Source: Nageia nagi
Taxonomy: Eukaryota > Plantae > Pinophyta
Assembly: GCA_050084985.1 (NCBI GenBank)
Contig: JBITNC010000001.1
Coordinates: 80,228,001-80,292,000, forward strand
Direction of reading: 5' to 3'
DNA: 64,000 nt
Positions 1-13,666 of this stretch are shown one piece after another. The notes below the pieces were generated by a model. The model made no database searches. It saw nothing but the letters and a program-made list of their open reading frames with translations, and was not told the DNA's origin. The translations under genes were made by a program, and so were the position numbers. How positions within the stretch are numbered: position 1 is the first letter of the stretch; every line of letters begins with the position of its first letter.

Positions 1-2730
1 TATATTATGTATTCTAACCAGCCACTATTGATCAAAAGTATCCTCCACTATTCCTTAGTAATACATTGCTCAATTTAGAAGGAAAGAATCTTGTAAACAC
101 CTATAATCTTTAGGTATACTTCCCATTTTCTTTTCTACTAGAGAATCTTTGTTTTCTCAGTAGTCTTTCTACAAGACTAGTAAATGGCTTTGCAACCATA
201 ATTGTAAACTCTTTAAAAACACTATGATCTAATACAATTTTTTTTAACTAGCAAAAAAAAAAATATCATGAGTATTTATTTTTGTAAATACAAGTTTTAG
301 TCTTTTATATAAAAAGCCCCTTAGTTTACTAGTGGTCTTTTTTTATCTAACAAAAAGATAAATAAGTAGTATAGTCAAGATTATAATAGAACACATTAAC
401 TCTTTTATTGTATTGAAGGCCTTAGTAATGATTTTATCTAGATCAAGGTATCTTTCTGCTATAAGTTATTTTTATTTTTTTTCATAATCTCTTACAAAGT
501 TTTTATAGTTTCTTATAAATTCCAAAAACCACTTAACTCTTTTAATTTTTTTAGAAAATATCTATTCTTTCATCATATAAATTTACTTCTTATCCACTTG
601 CATTGCATTTATTATAATAATATAGTTTAAAATGTAATATTTTTTATACTCTGAGAAAGAACTTATATTTATTAACAAGAAATTTCTCTTTTTTCAAAAT
701 ATAAAACCTTTTACCATAAATTACAAAAGATCTTCTGAAGTTTTATTTTAAATCAATATAGATCATTAAAAAAGTACTAAAATAAATTTCATCAAAAGTA
801 GCTAGAAAACTAATTTTTTAAAACTCTAAAATAGTGATAAGATATTAATGAACCAAATGGCATACTAAAATCACATACTTATTTTATAATTTATAATATA
901 TGTTTTAGAAATATATTCTTAATTTAACCTTAATTTGACAAAAGAAAGACCTCTTAACATAGTGAAAATTTGAGCACTATATAATTCAATTAACTGGAAA
1001 TCCATAAAAAATAAGCTTAAAGAGGGATCCTTGATTAGGTTTTTCATTGTAATAGTCTAGATTTAATGTGATCAAGGGTCCTTAACCTCAATCAAATAAG
1101 TGAAAAAATAATAATAAGATTGTAATAATTATTATTATAAGATTGTAATAGCAAGTAGCATGAAGAAGCACAACACCCAAATGAATTTAATGATATTTAT
1201 GTATAAAGTAAGCATCATATTATAATATTAAACTACTTGTTATTATGGATCAAGTTGTTAAATAAACGTATATACCAAAATGAATAACCAAATTTTCACT
1301 TGGTTGAAAAATATAAATTGAACATAACAAGAACATTTCAATTATTGCATATTCTTAACTATGGGAGAATAACATCATGCTTACTTTCCCATGTATTTAA
1401 AAAAATATTTACAATTGAAATTCTGGAGTTTTTTGCACTACCCTATGCATTTACAAAGCACAAAAATTAGAATGCAAAATATAATGATCAATGGTAAGCT
1501 TCAAGTCTTCAAACATTTTAAAAATATCTGCTTCAATTTTTATATCTTTTATTTTCTTTGCGTGAACCATCAACCCTTTAACCAAAGATAGATTAATAAA
1601 GTTATATTTTCTACAAGGATTGATGGAAATAGTAAGAGCTTTCCCTTGAATGAAATTATTTTCTTGAGAAATTCAATTTTTAAATACATTAGTATTATCT
1701 TTCTTTTGAGTTTCCTTAACTTCCAAACCATCATCCTTATTCATTCCCAAGACATTTTTATTATATATTTTTGTAACTCTTTTTCTTCATCAAAGAGTTT
1801 ACATGTCTTTTAATTTCTTATCTCTAACATCCAATTGTTTAAAAATGCAACATCAAAATGTTCCTTTATGTAGTTATACTTATGTTCCTCTTAAAATTAG
1901 AATATTATTTTTTGTTTTTAAATCCTAAGAGCTTAATAGAATGAATATCAGGTAGTGATTTTAAACCTTTCCACTATTCCCAAGAATCAATACCATCATC
2001 CATGCTTACTAACATCCATAAAAAAATGTAATAAAATTTTCAATTCCAATCTAATAATTTAGATTTTTTTCTATAAGTTAGTTGGCTAACCTTTTTTCTC
2101 CCTCGAAAATTTTATTATCAAATTTAAATATTAATTTCTCAAAACCTTTAATGAAAGTAATTGTTATATGCCCTCAAATGCTAAATTAATGGAAAATTTA
2201 ATTTAGAAATAAATTATTTAAAATAATCTCAATTGAACTACAATTTGGACTATAGCTTAATAATAATTATTCCAAACTACCTATAAAAGTTTATATAAAG
2301 ATGATACATGAAGAAAAGCTTATGAATGCTTTACCTTTATCCTTTCTACCAAAAAATCTAAATCTCAAATTTTGTGAAGAAACCATAATTTTAGCATAAG
2401 CTAAATATTATGGCTCCAAATGAATTCAACCTTTTATTTAATTTTTACCATAAGTATAAAATTTGTGCCCTAAAAAATCAACAAAAACTTTGCAAGCATC
2501 CACCTTGTACAAGACTATTTTTTTAAATTTCAAATATCGATAACACCATAAATATAACTTAGATTCTCTTAAAATTTGGACTCTAATGTTTCAATAATAT
2601 TTTTTATTAAACCCCTCAAAATTTAATTAAAATATTCACTAACATGAGAAAGATATAATTATATTACTAGAGCCTTAAAAAAAATAAAGAAAAGGTGTTA
2701 TTTTTCTCTACAGGTAACCAAAATCAATGC
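1..2730 (-). mobile_element. Degenerate Ty3/gypsy internal region (gag-pol; RT/RNase H remnants), runs off the left end
   Basis: Minus-strand translation gives decayed RT motifs: MPFG (~855-865), FLATFDEI for the FxDD motif (~785-810) and KTTSKLRGF (~310-340). An RNase H-like segment lies near 15-60. Many stops and frameshifts. A PBS lies immediately to the right. Confidence 0.7.
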
Positions 2731-2740
2731 TTTGATACCA
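2729..2740 (-). promoter_or_regulatory. tRNA-iMet primer-binding site, with LTR terminus at ~2743
   Basis: Plus GCTTTGATACCA reads TGGTATCAAAGC on minus. It is followed on plus by TGTTATAG, an LTR ending in CA on minus. The LTR probably extends to ~3300; the far boundary is not fixed. Confidence 0.7.
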
Positions 2741-4796
2741 CTTGTTATAGTCCCTGTAATAAAATAATAGACTATTATTCCAATAATATCAAAGTAACAA
2801 AATTAAATAATAACATAAGTATAATATCATCAGATACTATCAATTCAATAATAACTCATAATAGTCAAACTGAATAGAAGTTTAACCCTTAAGGTATAGC
2901 ATCATTATAAGATTCTTCATTTGGAAGGAAACTACTCCAAAAGGTTACTCAATGCATACAAAAATTACAAATGACCTCTTTAGTTGTTAATGAATTAAGC
3001 CTAAACCCATTTATAGCCATTTGTGAGGAGGGGATGTCTCATATCCTAAGATGCATGATATATAATTATTAGATAACAAATAAAATAATAATTAGTTACA
3101 TATGATAATTATGTGGTTAATTGAAAGGGAGTTAAAGATATTCCAATACAAAGAAACATAATTTTATAAACCCTTCATGACCTTTCTATGAATCTAACCT
3201 TGGCCCACACTAGAATATTTTACCACAATGAAGTATCATAGGTTAAAGAGTGAAAAGTTTCATTCCCCTTTTGCTATCAATAATATCCTTAATAGAACCA
3301 AATTCCATATAATATGTACAATTTATTTGTTAATGATGTCCCTTTAATTATTTTTACATTTAATAGCTTTAATTGGCTCTCCCACCCCTACTTCAACTAC
3401 CTCCCACCAACCTACCCCATATCTACTCACCCAACCACCTCTCTCATAACAATATCAAACAATTCATGATGGATACAATAAATAGTTTAGAAGCCTCCCT
3501 TACACACCCTTGTCACTTATTAAGACCAATATTTAATCAAAAAGCTTGAATAAGTGGCATAATCTATAAACCTATGTATCTATCGATGAAGATAACCCTT
3601 TCTTTCATAGAAAGATAGGTCTCGATGTAGTCATATTTGAATTGGGAGAAGGTGAAAGTTCTATAAAATCATGGATTGTGATCATTCAATAGTTAGAGAG
3701 AATATCAAATCTATTTTTCACCTACAAAATTCATAAAATATATAATTGATATGTGATTTGTCCACCCTTTATGAACAAAAATAGATGATCTATACATCAT
3801 AACCATTTATTGGTCCATGCTCACCTTCATTACTTTATGGCCATAAAAATACTACACCCATAATAATTAGATCTTTCTCACATTGAAGGAGTCTATGATA
3901 TTTATAATAGTGAATGCAATTGTGGCTTCATGTTCACCCATCTACCTTGCTTTGACTGAATCTAGAGGTCAACCTCCTAACCTATGTAAAGGATTGTAAA
4001 GATCCCACTATTTGAATAAGCAAAGAAAGCCTCCAACTCTATTGATTTTTCATGGGTAGTATAGTGATTAATACAAATTGTTTCAATCATATGGTGAGGC
4101 TTGGTTTATTAGTCAATTTTTTTCTTTTTTGAATGATAGAGTTTTAAATTAGTAAAAATTAAATCATACAAATGTGTATCTTTGAGATAAATATATCTTA
4201 TATAGTAAGCATTGTAAATAAAATGAAATAATTTATCACATTGTTAGTAGGAAGGAATTTATTAAAAAAATACTTACCATACACATGGTATTTCACAACA
4301 TTATTGACATAATTATTTAAAGGTTAAAAAAAATAAATGCCAACTTCATCATTACTTGGAACAAATGCAAATGCATTAAACACCATTAAGAGGAGGGGGT
4401 ATTACCAATATGCATGTTTTCTCCTCAATATTCTCCATTTTCTCATTATATTTTCATACATTGGAAGGGATCTGTGGCCAGTGTGCACTCTTCAATATTT
4501 CTCAAATGTCATACCAACTTGGGTTGTTTGATGTATGATCAATAGTAAAGGATTGTGCCGCCCATATATCTATTATTTTCTTCTCTTCATTAATTGTATA
4601 ATTCATTAGATTCAACCAACTACCAACTACACCATCACCATCAACTTCAGTGTGACTAGGTGCTCAACCTTCATTATAGTAGGAGGAGCTCAAATGATCA
4701 TCCCAAACATGTTCCAAAATATATATTTTAATATTATAGTGACATTTCATATTAAAATATATTCAAAACTAAATTTAAAATTTAATGAGCTTGATA

Positions 4797-7700
4797 CACT
4801 AGTACAAAAGTAACAATATATTAATAAATAAACTACCAAACATTGTAGATAAATGATTATTTTTTATCACGTTACCATTACTAGTTTATTGTTGGTCATT
4901 TATCTCATGACCAAATTTATGACTAAACTATGTTAGTAATTTATTTGGTCATTCATTTAGTCACCAATTTAGTCATGAATTTAGTAGTATATGTAGTCAT
5001 CAATTTAGTTATGAATTTAGTAGTATATTTAGTCATTTATTTAATCATATATTTAGTCATGAATTTAGTACTATATTTAGTCACCGATTTAGTTATGAAT
5101 TTAGTATTATATTTAATCATTAATTTAATCATATATTTAGTTATTAATTGAATCGCATATTTAGTCATTGCATTCATCATATATGTAGTCATTACATTAG
5201 TTATAAATTTAGTCATTTTTATTTATTGATTAACATTAGTTGGTAATAAATAAAGTCACAAAATAAATAATTTATTAAATACCATAAATCTTATAATGCA
5301 AAAATAGCATAATATTAAACTTAAACTAAAAAGATAAAAGTAAATAAAAATATTAAACATTTGAACAAGATACAACATGCTAAAATTAAAGGATTAATTC
5401 AACATCATGATAAATAAAGGCAATGTGCAATTAAAAAATATTAATAGAAATATACATATCAAATTATAAGATGTCAAATCTGTCTAAGAGTGTATATGTA
5501 AATATAATAAAAAATGCAAAGTTGTATAAGAGCTTCCAACTCTTTCAAGAAAACCTTTATAATTAAAATCCCTAAACAAAAAATAAAATACTACATAAAG
5601 TAGTGAGCCATAATGTTTAACAACTAGTACATGATAAACATGATTATAAACTATGCAATCATTTTTTGTAAATACTTTAGTGGCCATCATGTGAAGGATT
5701 ACTCTTTCTCTTTTAGGCAAGTAGCTCCATCTATTTTGTCCTCATAAGAAAGGGGTACATTACTTGTAACCTTTAAAATGTTTATATTCACATCTCTTGT
5801 TCCTTTCAAGTTAACTCCATGTACAATTGATATAGAGTAAATTCATCTAATGCCCACACATCAACATAAAATGGATCCAATACCTTAACTTTATCCTCTT
5901 ATTTGAGTTTATCAATACATTTCTACATAAATAAAAAATAATAACACATTATATCAATAAGTTATGAAAGGAAACAAATATAGACAATCATTACCATGCA
6001 TGCATAACAAAAATATAAGGTAATGGGATCATTATGACGCATTTGATTAGTCTAAACTTAATCAACAAATATTATCTGTTAGTTTCATAAGTAAAATGTA
6101 ATTCCTTAGAAACTATTTAAACAAAATTTACATGTCATTTCATAAGTAAAATATAATTCCTTAGAAACACTATAACCTCACATAACTATTATTGGGCTGC
6201 ACATTCTTGTCCACTAGTTCATGATCACTATCAATATTGGCATGATCTTTATTGGCATCAAGGTGTTTTTGATATTTTGTTGTTTTAATAAAATTATTCT
6301 ACATGTAGTAACAATGATCTCTATATCATTTTATGTTAGTAACATGTGTACAAAATAATACAATAAGAGTTCTCACTAACTCATTAACACATGAGGAACA
6401 GACAACAACTAATATCCATGCTTCTATCATTCCACAATAGTATATATAATAGCAAGAAGATGTATAATAGTAAAATAGGAAGGATTCCAACTATATTTAC
6501 CCAAGTATACAGAGAAGTGTCACCTTAAAATATGTTCTAGAATTAATAGCTTTCTTAAGTTTTCAGCCAAACTTGAGTTCACTTTGGATTACAAAATAGT
6601 CTTTAAATCTCCTTCGTGTTTTTTTTTTTTCCTAAAAAGAGCTTAATACTTTTCCAACATAATTTCAAGCTACTAAAGAAATAATTGGCTACAATACATA
6701 GAGGTCATATTCAACTATTGGTCAATAATATGCAAATATCACCTTTAGCACAAGATATATTATTATCTCAATTCCAACAAATTTGCAATCAAGAATAGAC
6801 TAGTTTAATTCAATTTCACTTCACATGCCATAATCATCACAACCAAAAGAAAAAAACATGAACTAATTCAAATCATAAGGTCTACTTTAAGATGAAATCC
6901 AATACAAATGTTTATATAATGTTTCCACTCTTAGGAAATACTATCCCCACATAATTTATACAAAGGGATCTTCCCCTTTTTCTAAGGATTCAAACATATA
7001 ATCTTCATTGTTAACATCATCCGTTCTTACTTTGCAACTATATTATTATACTAGACTATGCAATACAAGCATATGTTTTACCTTCTACATACATTAATCA
7101 AAAAGTTCCCATTGTTAACTATGATCATTACAAGCACATGTAGATAAATGTAAAAATTAAAAGTAATCTTTAATTACTTTTAATTAATACATTGATATGT
7201 AACTTCATTATCCATAAAGTGATTTCAAACAGTACAATGTGAACTCTCTAACATCATCATGAATAGTTCAGAAACTCAGTAAAATAAGTGACTTATAATT
7301 TAAAGAATATAAGGGTCTTCATTATGACCATGGAAGGGTCATATGATACACCTCTCCATAAGATATTCAACACATGGATATAAGTATCAAGAAGGAATAC
7401 ATATAAAATGAAATACATAATAGGAATATGAAATGATACATTGCTTGAACATTCAAAATTCAATTCAAACTATCTTTTGTAACCAAAAAATTAACAATGC
7501 ATTAAGGACAACTAATACTTCTCTATAGCATCCCCAAAAGAAGCAATAACAACATATAGTAAATATAACTATTCTTGCATTGGTATTCACTACAATAATT
7601 TACATCATTACACCCTTGAATCCAATACCATTATCATAATTAGATTTTGAAACACAACAACATACATATTTACATAGCAGTATTATAAATCAAATAGAAA

Positions 7701-10049
7701 TACCATTTTATATTTCTAATTTGGAATAACAACCATGAGCATACAAGTGAGTTACAACAATGGAATCAAATCAAGTTTAAAATTCCTCTCTATAACAAGA
7801 GTGTATAACAAGTATGAAATCACTAAACGATAAAGTTTCAAGTGAAAACAATTGTCCAAGATAGAAGTATTCAATTGGGGTTCTATCTTTGAAAAATAAA
7901 TACAACTGAGTATGAGATTTTTTAATCTTAGTGAGTTTAGAATTCAACCAAGAATACCACTAAATTTCTATAAAGAATTGGTACACCATCTACATGCAAG
8001 TTAGTATCGCTACAAAGGAATGCATACAAAGAGGAATAACAAATTTAAATCCCAAAATGAAATAATAGGAATGATATGCTAAAGAAGATATAATGCATTA
8101 AAGTATGATTCTTTTATGCAACATGTGTCTAAAAATTTAATGCAAGAATAATATTAAAAAAACTACAGTAAGTATATCAATCCAACCATGCAAAATGAGT
8201 ATTGTAGAACCAATTTAAAAATCATACATATTCATTTAGAGTAGATGATACTAACATAAATTCCTGATACTAAGTGCATATCCATTTTATCTTTACTTTA
8301 AATATATTTCAATTAGTTTTAGAATTGGTTTACAATTTTTACATTTGAAAAGGAAGGTGTTGGGGATTTATTGATCATGGATACAATCTCAAATTGTACC
8401 ATGATCATGGTCACCTATGGTTCCATTCCTAACAAATTAAAGTCCATTCACAAAACTTGTTGAATGTACAAGAAAAATAGTCTAAATCCTCATATGGTTG
8501 CTCCATAATTATGTTTCAAAATTAAGCATATTTTTAAAATGCAATAATTACAAAAGTGAAATGTTTCTTATTATTTTTGCTATGAATATTATATTATGGT
8601 GTTTCTTTCTAGGATCAATCATTGGTAGAATTGGTTAAAACCCAAAAACTCACCTCAATCCTTAATAAGATGAAACTTTTGTACAAAATCATATAGATCC
8701 AATTTCAACCTCACAAACTTCGTAGGGACAAGGTTCTAAATATTCAAATTCAACCTAACCAATGAGAAACCAGTGTAAGACAAAATCTCTTGGCGATTTG
8801 GTGCTCATAGGAAAAAATTATAATAATAATAAGAAATGAAATCCCAACAAATATGTAATCCAAAATAAAATTTTATATTCTTGTTGTAATGATTAAATAA
8901 GTACCGATCATGAGTTTGAACCAAGACATGAAATTTTTCTCAAAAATGTAAAAACACCAATCAAAGATTGAAGGAAAACTCACCCAAAATTGATTCCAAG
9001 TAGAGATGGACTAAATAAGATGATTCCCAAGTCTCCTTACAGCTAAAACAATGCTACTTAGAAAATAATCAAATAATGAAACTCAAGGTTTGAGTTTTTA
9101 GACCCCCACAAATCAAATTAAAGCATTGGAAAGCTCCCACAATGGGTAAATTTCATTTTCAACCTTCCCTCATGGTGCCAAGATCCCCTCTCATTCCCAA
9201 AACTATGATTTGTAGCATAAAAAAGCTCCCACAATGTGGGTATAATAGATTCACCATATTGTTTTACACCCAAAGAGATTTGCAACACCAAAACAATGAA
9301 TGGAGTAGTAGAAATCATCTTGTAGGATAAAAAATTGCTCCCAAACCCATCCATGGTGACCTAAAATAGTTCATTTGGCTTCTACAAGCATGGTAGCTAG
9401 GTTTTTCCTCTCATACCTTCCCAACATTGCAAGCCAAATGATTAGAGTTTCAATGAACATGGAGGATTTTATTTTCCTAATTTTATTTTCACTTTCCAAG
9501 CTAGATACCCAACGCTTGGAGAAAAATTAAGACATTTAATCTATTCCCTTTAGGTTTGAAATTTAGTACCTTTATCATGGTTAAAATACACAATGCATTC
9601 CATTATATTTTAGGGTTTATTTATTTATTTTTAATTTAAATCTAAAATTAAAAGGTCCCCCTATAATTTTTTTTATTTTTATTGATACACATTGACTTCT
9701 AGATGCTAAGTATATGAATGGTACTAAGTTTTTAAGAATCTTAGACCATGTTAATGCCACAAAGTATTTACATCAAAATATTTACCTTCATTTCCTACCT
9801 TATAAACATTAACTTATAAATTAAATCTATTTTAAGTAAATTTTAAAACAATAAATTTGACTTTTATTATTGAAAAATGTTGAAGGAGCAAAGCTCAAAA
9901 GGGGTTATGACATGATTTTACCTTGTGATTTTACCTGATGACTAAATTAGTCATATTTTTAGTCATTTATATTTATGAATTGCAAACCATTAGTATAATT
10001 TTATCAATTTTAGTCACATAGACATATATATACCAAATTTCTACTAGTG
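4797..10049 (-). mobile_element. CACTA (En/Spm) DNA transposon, internally deleted and decayed
   Basis: Left end CACTAGTACAAAA at 4797; right end TTTCTACTAGTG at 10049. 3-bp TSD ATA on both sides (4794-4796, 10050-10052). TTAGTCA subterminal motifs at both ends. Minus-strand YYCGMIE (~6425-6445) resembles the DUF4216 YYGxIEE motif of TnpD. Confidence 0.9.
4915..5220 (+). repeat. 12-bp tandem subterminal repeat of the CACTA element (TTAGTCATGAAT/TTAGTCATATAT type)
   Basis: About 24 imperfect 12-bp units are directly visible. They produce the periodic spurious ORF 4930-5151. Confidence 0.9.
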
Positions 10050-12855
10050 ATAATACATATTTAGTGATTAATGGTATTCTATACAGCACCAAATTTAGAA
10101 AGACAAACCCAAAGAGTTTTGATACCAATTTAATATCTAATAATAAATTAACAATGTGTTATAGTTGTCTAAAAGCTTTTATAAAACTTGTAATTATTTT
10201 TATTGTTAAAATTTAGGCAATTAGCTAGAGTAAAGGTTGTTGTGAGGAGACTAAGTCAATTAATAGTGTAATAGCAAAGGAAGGTGAATTGGCCAAGCAC
10301 ATCCAAAAAAATATGTGAATAATTAAAGTTTACTAATAAATTTGCTAATAGTTACATAAATGCATATAATCTAACCAGGCTAAAGAGAAGTATATAGCAA
10401 ATATATCCATTTCTAACTATCTTAACCTATAATGACTCAATCCATTATATTATATTTCCCAATTTTACAAACTAATTCCACCCTTTTCATTGCAACATAG
10501 TCATTGGTTATTGATATATTTTCATGTTTGTTTAATTTTTTGATTATGTCAAATTCTATTCTTAATAATTTAAGTTTTCTTCAATAAGTTCTTCAATTCT
10601 ATTTTTTGTAATTTTTTTTTATCACACCTTGCATAATGGCTTCTATTTCATAGAGTAAATCTCATGAAATAATTTAATTTTAATGCAAGGAAATAGTAAA
10701 AGCTTCTAGAGGATTATTTTAGATGCTTTTTATTATCCTTTAGAATGAGAATCTTCTAAACATTCTTGGATGGAAATTCACCAACTTTATTTCTAACAAT
10801 CTTTCCTTCTTCTTTCAACTTATTTCCAAAAACCCACTTGGTACCGATTACATTCTTATTGGCTGGTCTTGGAACAAGCTCCCATGTTTTGTTCTTTTCA
10901 ATTTGATTGAGCTCCTCTTTCATAGCTTCTATCCAATGTTTATCCTTCCAAGATTCCACCACACTTTTTGGTTCATATATTATATAATAATGAATAATTG
11001 ATATGCTCTTTAGATTGAACAATCCTTTCTCTAGTTTGAATATAAACTTGTGGATCACCAATTACTTGCTCTTTTGGATGATTTAACTAAATATACCTTT
11101 TAGGATATTTTAGAGTATATGGCTACACTTATTCATCTTCTTGCACTTCCTTTTCACCTTCAACAAAGTCATCATAATTAGGATGTTATTCTCTAATTGT
11201 AGTAATTAGTTCATCCCCTTCATTAATTCTTACATCAACACTTTCAATAACCCTTTTTAGCCTCTTATTGTAACATTGATATGCCTTCCTCTTGGAAGAA
11301 TAACCATGGAATATGCCTTCATCTGCATTATCATCAAACTTACTAAGATTTTCATTAGTTTTCTTAATATAACACTTTATACAAAAAATCTTAAAGTGTC
11401 TTACCATGGCTTTTCTAACATACCATAGTTCATATTGTGTCTTATCTTCATGTGGTATAAGTAAACACCTGTTATGAATATAGAAAATAGTACGTATGAT
11501 CTCTTTCCAAAAATGGTCAGCCACTTTAGTTTATGCTCTAATGGTTCTTTCCATTTCTTGAATTAATCTATTCTTTCTTTCCATAACACCATTTTGTTGA
11601 GGTGTTCATACTACTAAAAATTGCCTTCTAATACCATATTTTTTATATAAGTCAGCAAACTCTTCTGAAATAAGCTCACCTCCTCTATCTAACCTTAAAT
11701 ATTTGATATTTATTCCAATATGATTTTCAACAATACTTTTGAAATATTTGAACATATCAAGAGCTTCTAATTTATGCTTAAGAGTTGAACCCATGTTATT
11801 CTAGTAAAATCATCAACATATAACATGAAATATCTATGACCATGTACACTTTCAGTTCTAGTTGGTCAATATAAATTAGTATGTATAAGTTCAAGTGGTT
11901 TACTATTATATTAATTCTTAAATTTGAAATAAGATCTAGTTTTTTTACCTTTTTGGCATGAAGGGAATATGTGATTTGATGGCTTTGAGATGCATAGTAT
12001 GCCATAACCAATTTACATCCCCTGATTTAACATGCAATAACTTTTAGTAGTTTTAGTTAGAGTATATAAGTTACCAATTGTTCTTGTTCCATATGCCACT
12101 AGTTTGCCACTTTTTGTTCTTATAATTTCATAACCATGCTTTTTAAAAATAACATCATTTCTTTTTTCATTGATTTGACTCACATTTAGTAAGCTATGCT
12201 TTAGGAAAACCAAAAATAATACTTTTCATATTTAATCTTGACATTACCAAACTTAATAGTACCTCTAACTACTATTTTAGCTCCATCATTATTCTCAAAT
12301 TTCACAAATCCACCTTCACATTCTTCTAAATATTCAAATCTATGTTTATCACTAGTCATATGTTTGGAGCACCCACTATTAAAAATCCATTTCTTAGGTT
12401 TGCTTTGGGCTTTCAAGGCTTGAATTTTCACTATTTTCTTTCTATACTTTCTTAAGCTTGGACTTGACTTTATAATTAATTTTATTCAAGGAAGGACCTT
12501 TGTCACTTGTTTGATTCTTTTCTTCTCTTAAAGTTCTATTTTTGTAAAATTTAGTAAAATGACCAAGGTTATGCTATTTATAGCATTTAACATCATATTC
12601 AAGAAATGAAGCAAATGCATTTTTATGCACAAAGATTAATAACTAATTTCTAAATCTACAACTTACAAATTTATCATCAAAATTATTACATTTATAACAA
12701 TAACCATAAAATGTATTTCCATTATCAAGATACAGATAAAAAGATCTATTCGACTGATAATAATTGCTTGCAAATCCTTTTCTAAATCTCCTTTGATATG
12801 CAACATTGGTGAATCCATCACTAAGCTCTTGCTTATTTTTATACTAATTGGTATT

Positions 12856-13645
12856 TGTTATCACATAAAAATAATTTATGCATTTAATTTAAAACATTAG
12901 GAAGTATATGCTTGCACTTATATGTCTAGTTCAAGAATATTTATGATATTTTGGATATGATCAATATGTATCATTGACTTACTATATTCTTTTTTATGTA
13001 GGTACATGCTAACCTAAGGAGTAGGTCATATTATTATCTATATAAATATGGATCTAATAGTAAGTCCACATTAAGGAGATACATGATCCCATATCTGGTC
13101 TTGATGATGGCAGTCCTTTAGGTGTCTCTTGACATTGCCATTCAAGGTTGGGTTTGTGTACCTTCCTTATGTGAGTATTTTGACAATTCTAAGCTTATTT
13201 GAGTATCAAATTGAGACCATTGAGAGTTTATGTGGGGGAACAGAGTCAGTTCAAAATGAAGTATAGTCTAATGAAGATTATTGATGGTCCCTATTGATGA
13301 AAGTAGACCATCGATGCTCCTTTCAAGCATGAAATAGACCACCCATAGCTCTCTTTTTGGATCATCTTACTTCATAACTTAGGGTGCAGACTCCATTCAT
13401 TATTGAAGCTTTGTTAGTATCTTCTATTCATCCATATTAGGTACACTCCATGAGGTAAGTACACAAATTCAATCTTGTTTATTAATGTCATTTTGATTCT
13501 AGTTATTCATTATCTTCTATATTAGCTTATCTTGTTATAAATTGCTATCCATTAGCTCAAAATTTACAAATAGATATATGTATCTTTTGAGACTATAGAT
13601 ATTTCAGTTATTTTCATTATCTAATACACTTTTTATTTGTAAACA
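12856..13645 (+). repeat. 5' LTR of the Tat element
   Basis: TGTTATCACATAAAA...TTTGTAAACA; collinear with 20616-21412. Confidence 0.95.
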
Positions 13646-13648
13646 TTT

Positions 13649-13666
13649 TGGTGAACCTGATGTGAA
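13649..13666 (+). promoter_or_regulatory. Primer-binding site complementary to tRNA-Trp
   Basis: TGGTGAACCTGATGTGAA, 3 bp after the LTR. It matches the complement of the plant tRNA-Trp 3' end as recalled (TGGTGAACCCGACGTGAA), apart from two CpG>TpG changes. Confidence 0.8.

Noticed and set aside
4930-5151. Periodic hydrophobic ORF (LVMN/LVIY repeats)
   Set aside because: It is a translation of the 12-bp CACTA subterminal repeat.
9211-9912. Possible solo LTR with TGATT TSD inside the CACTA
   Set aside because: The motif AAAGCTCCCACAATG occurs on both sides of the proposed left boundary, so the 5-bp match is probably chance.
10115-10127. PBS-like GTTTTGATACCA
   Set aside because: No clear LTR terminus or coding region is attached; at most a relic.
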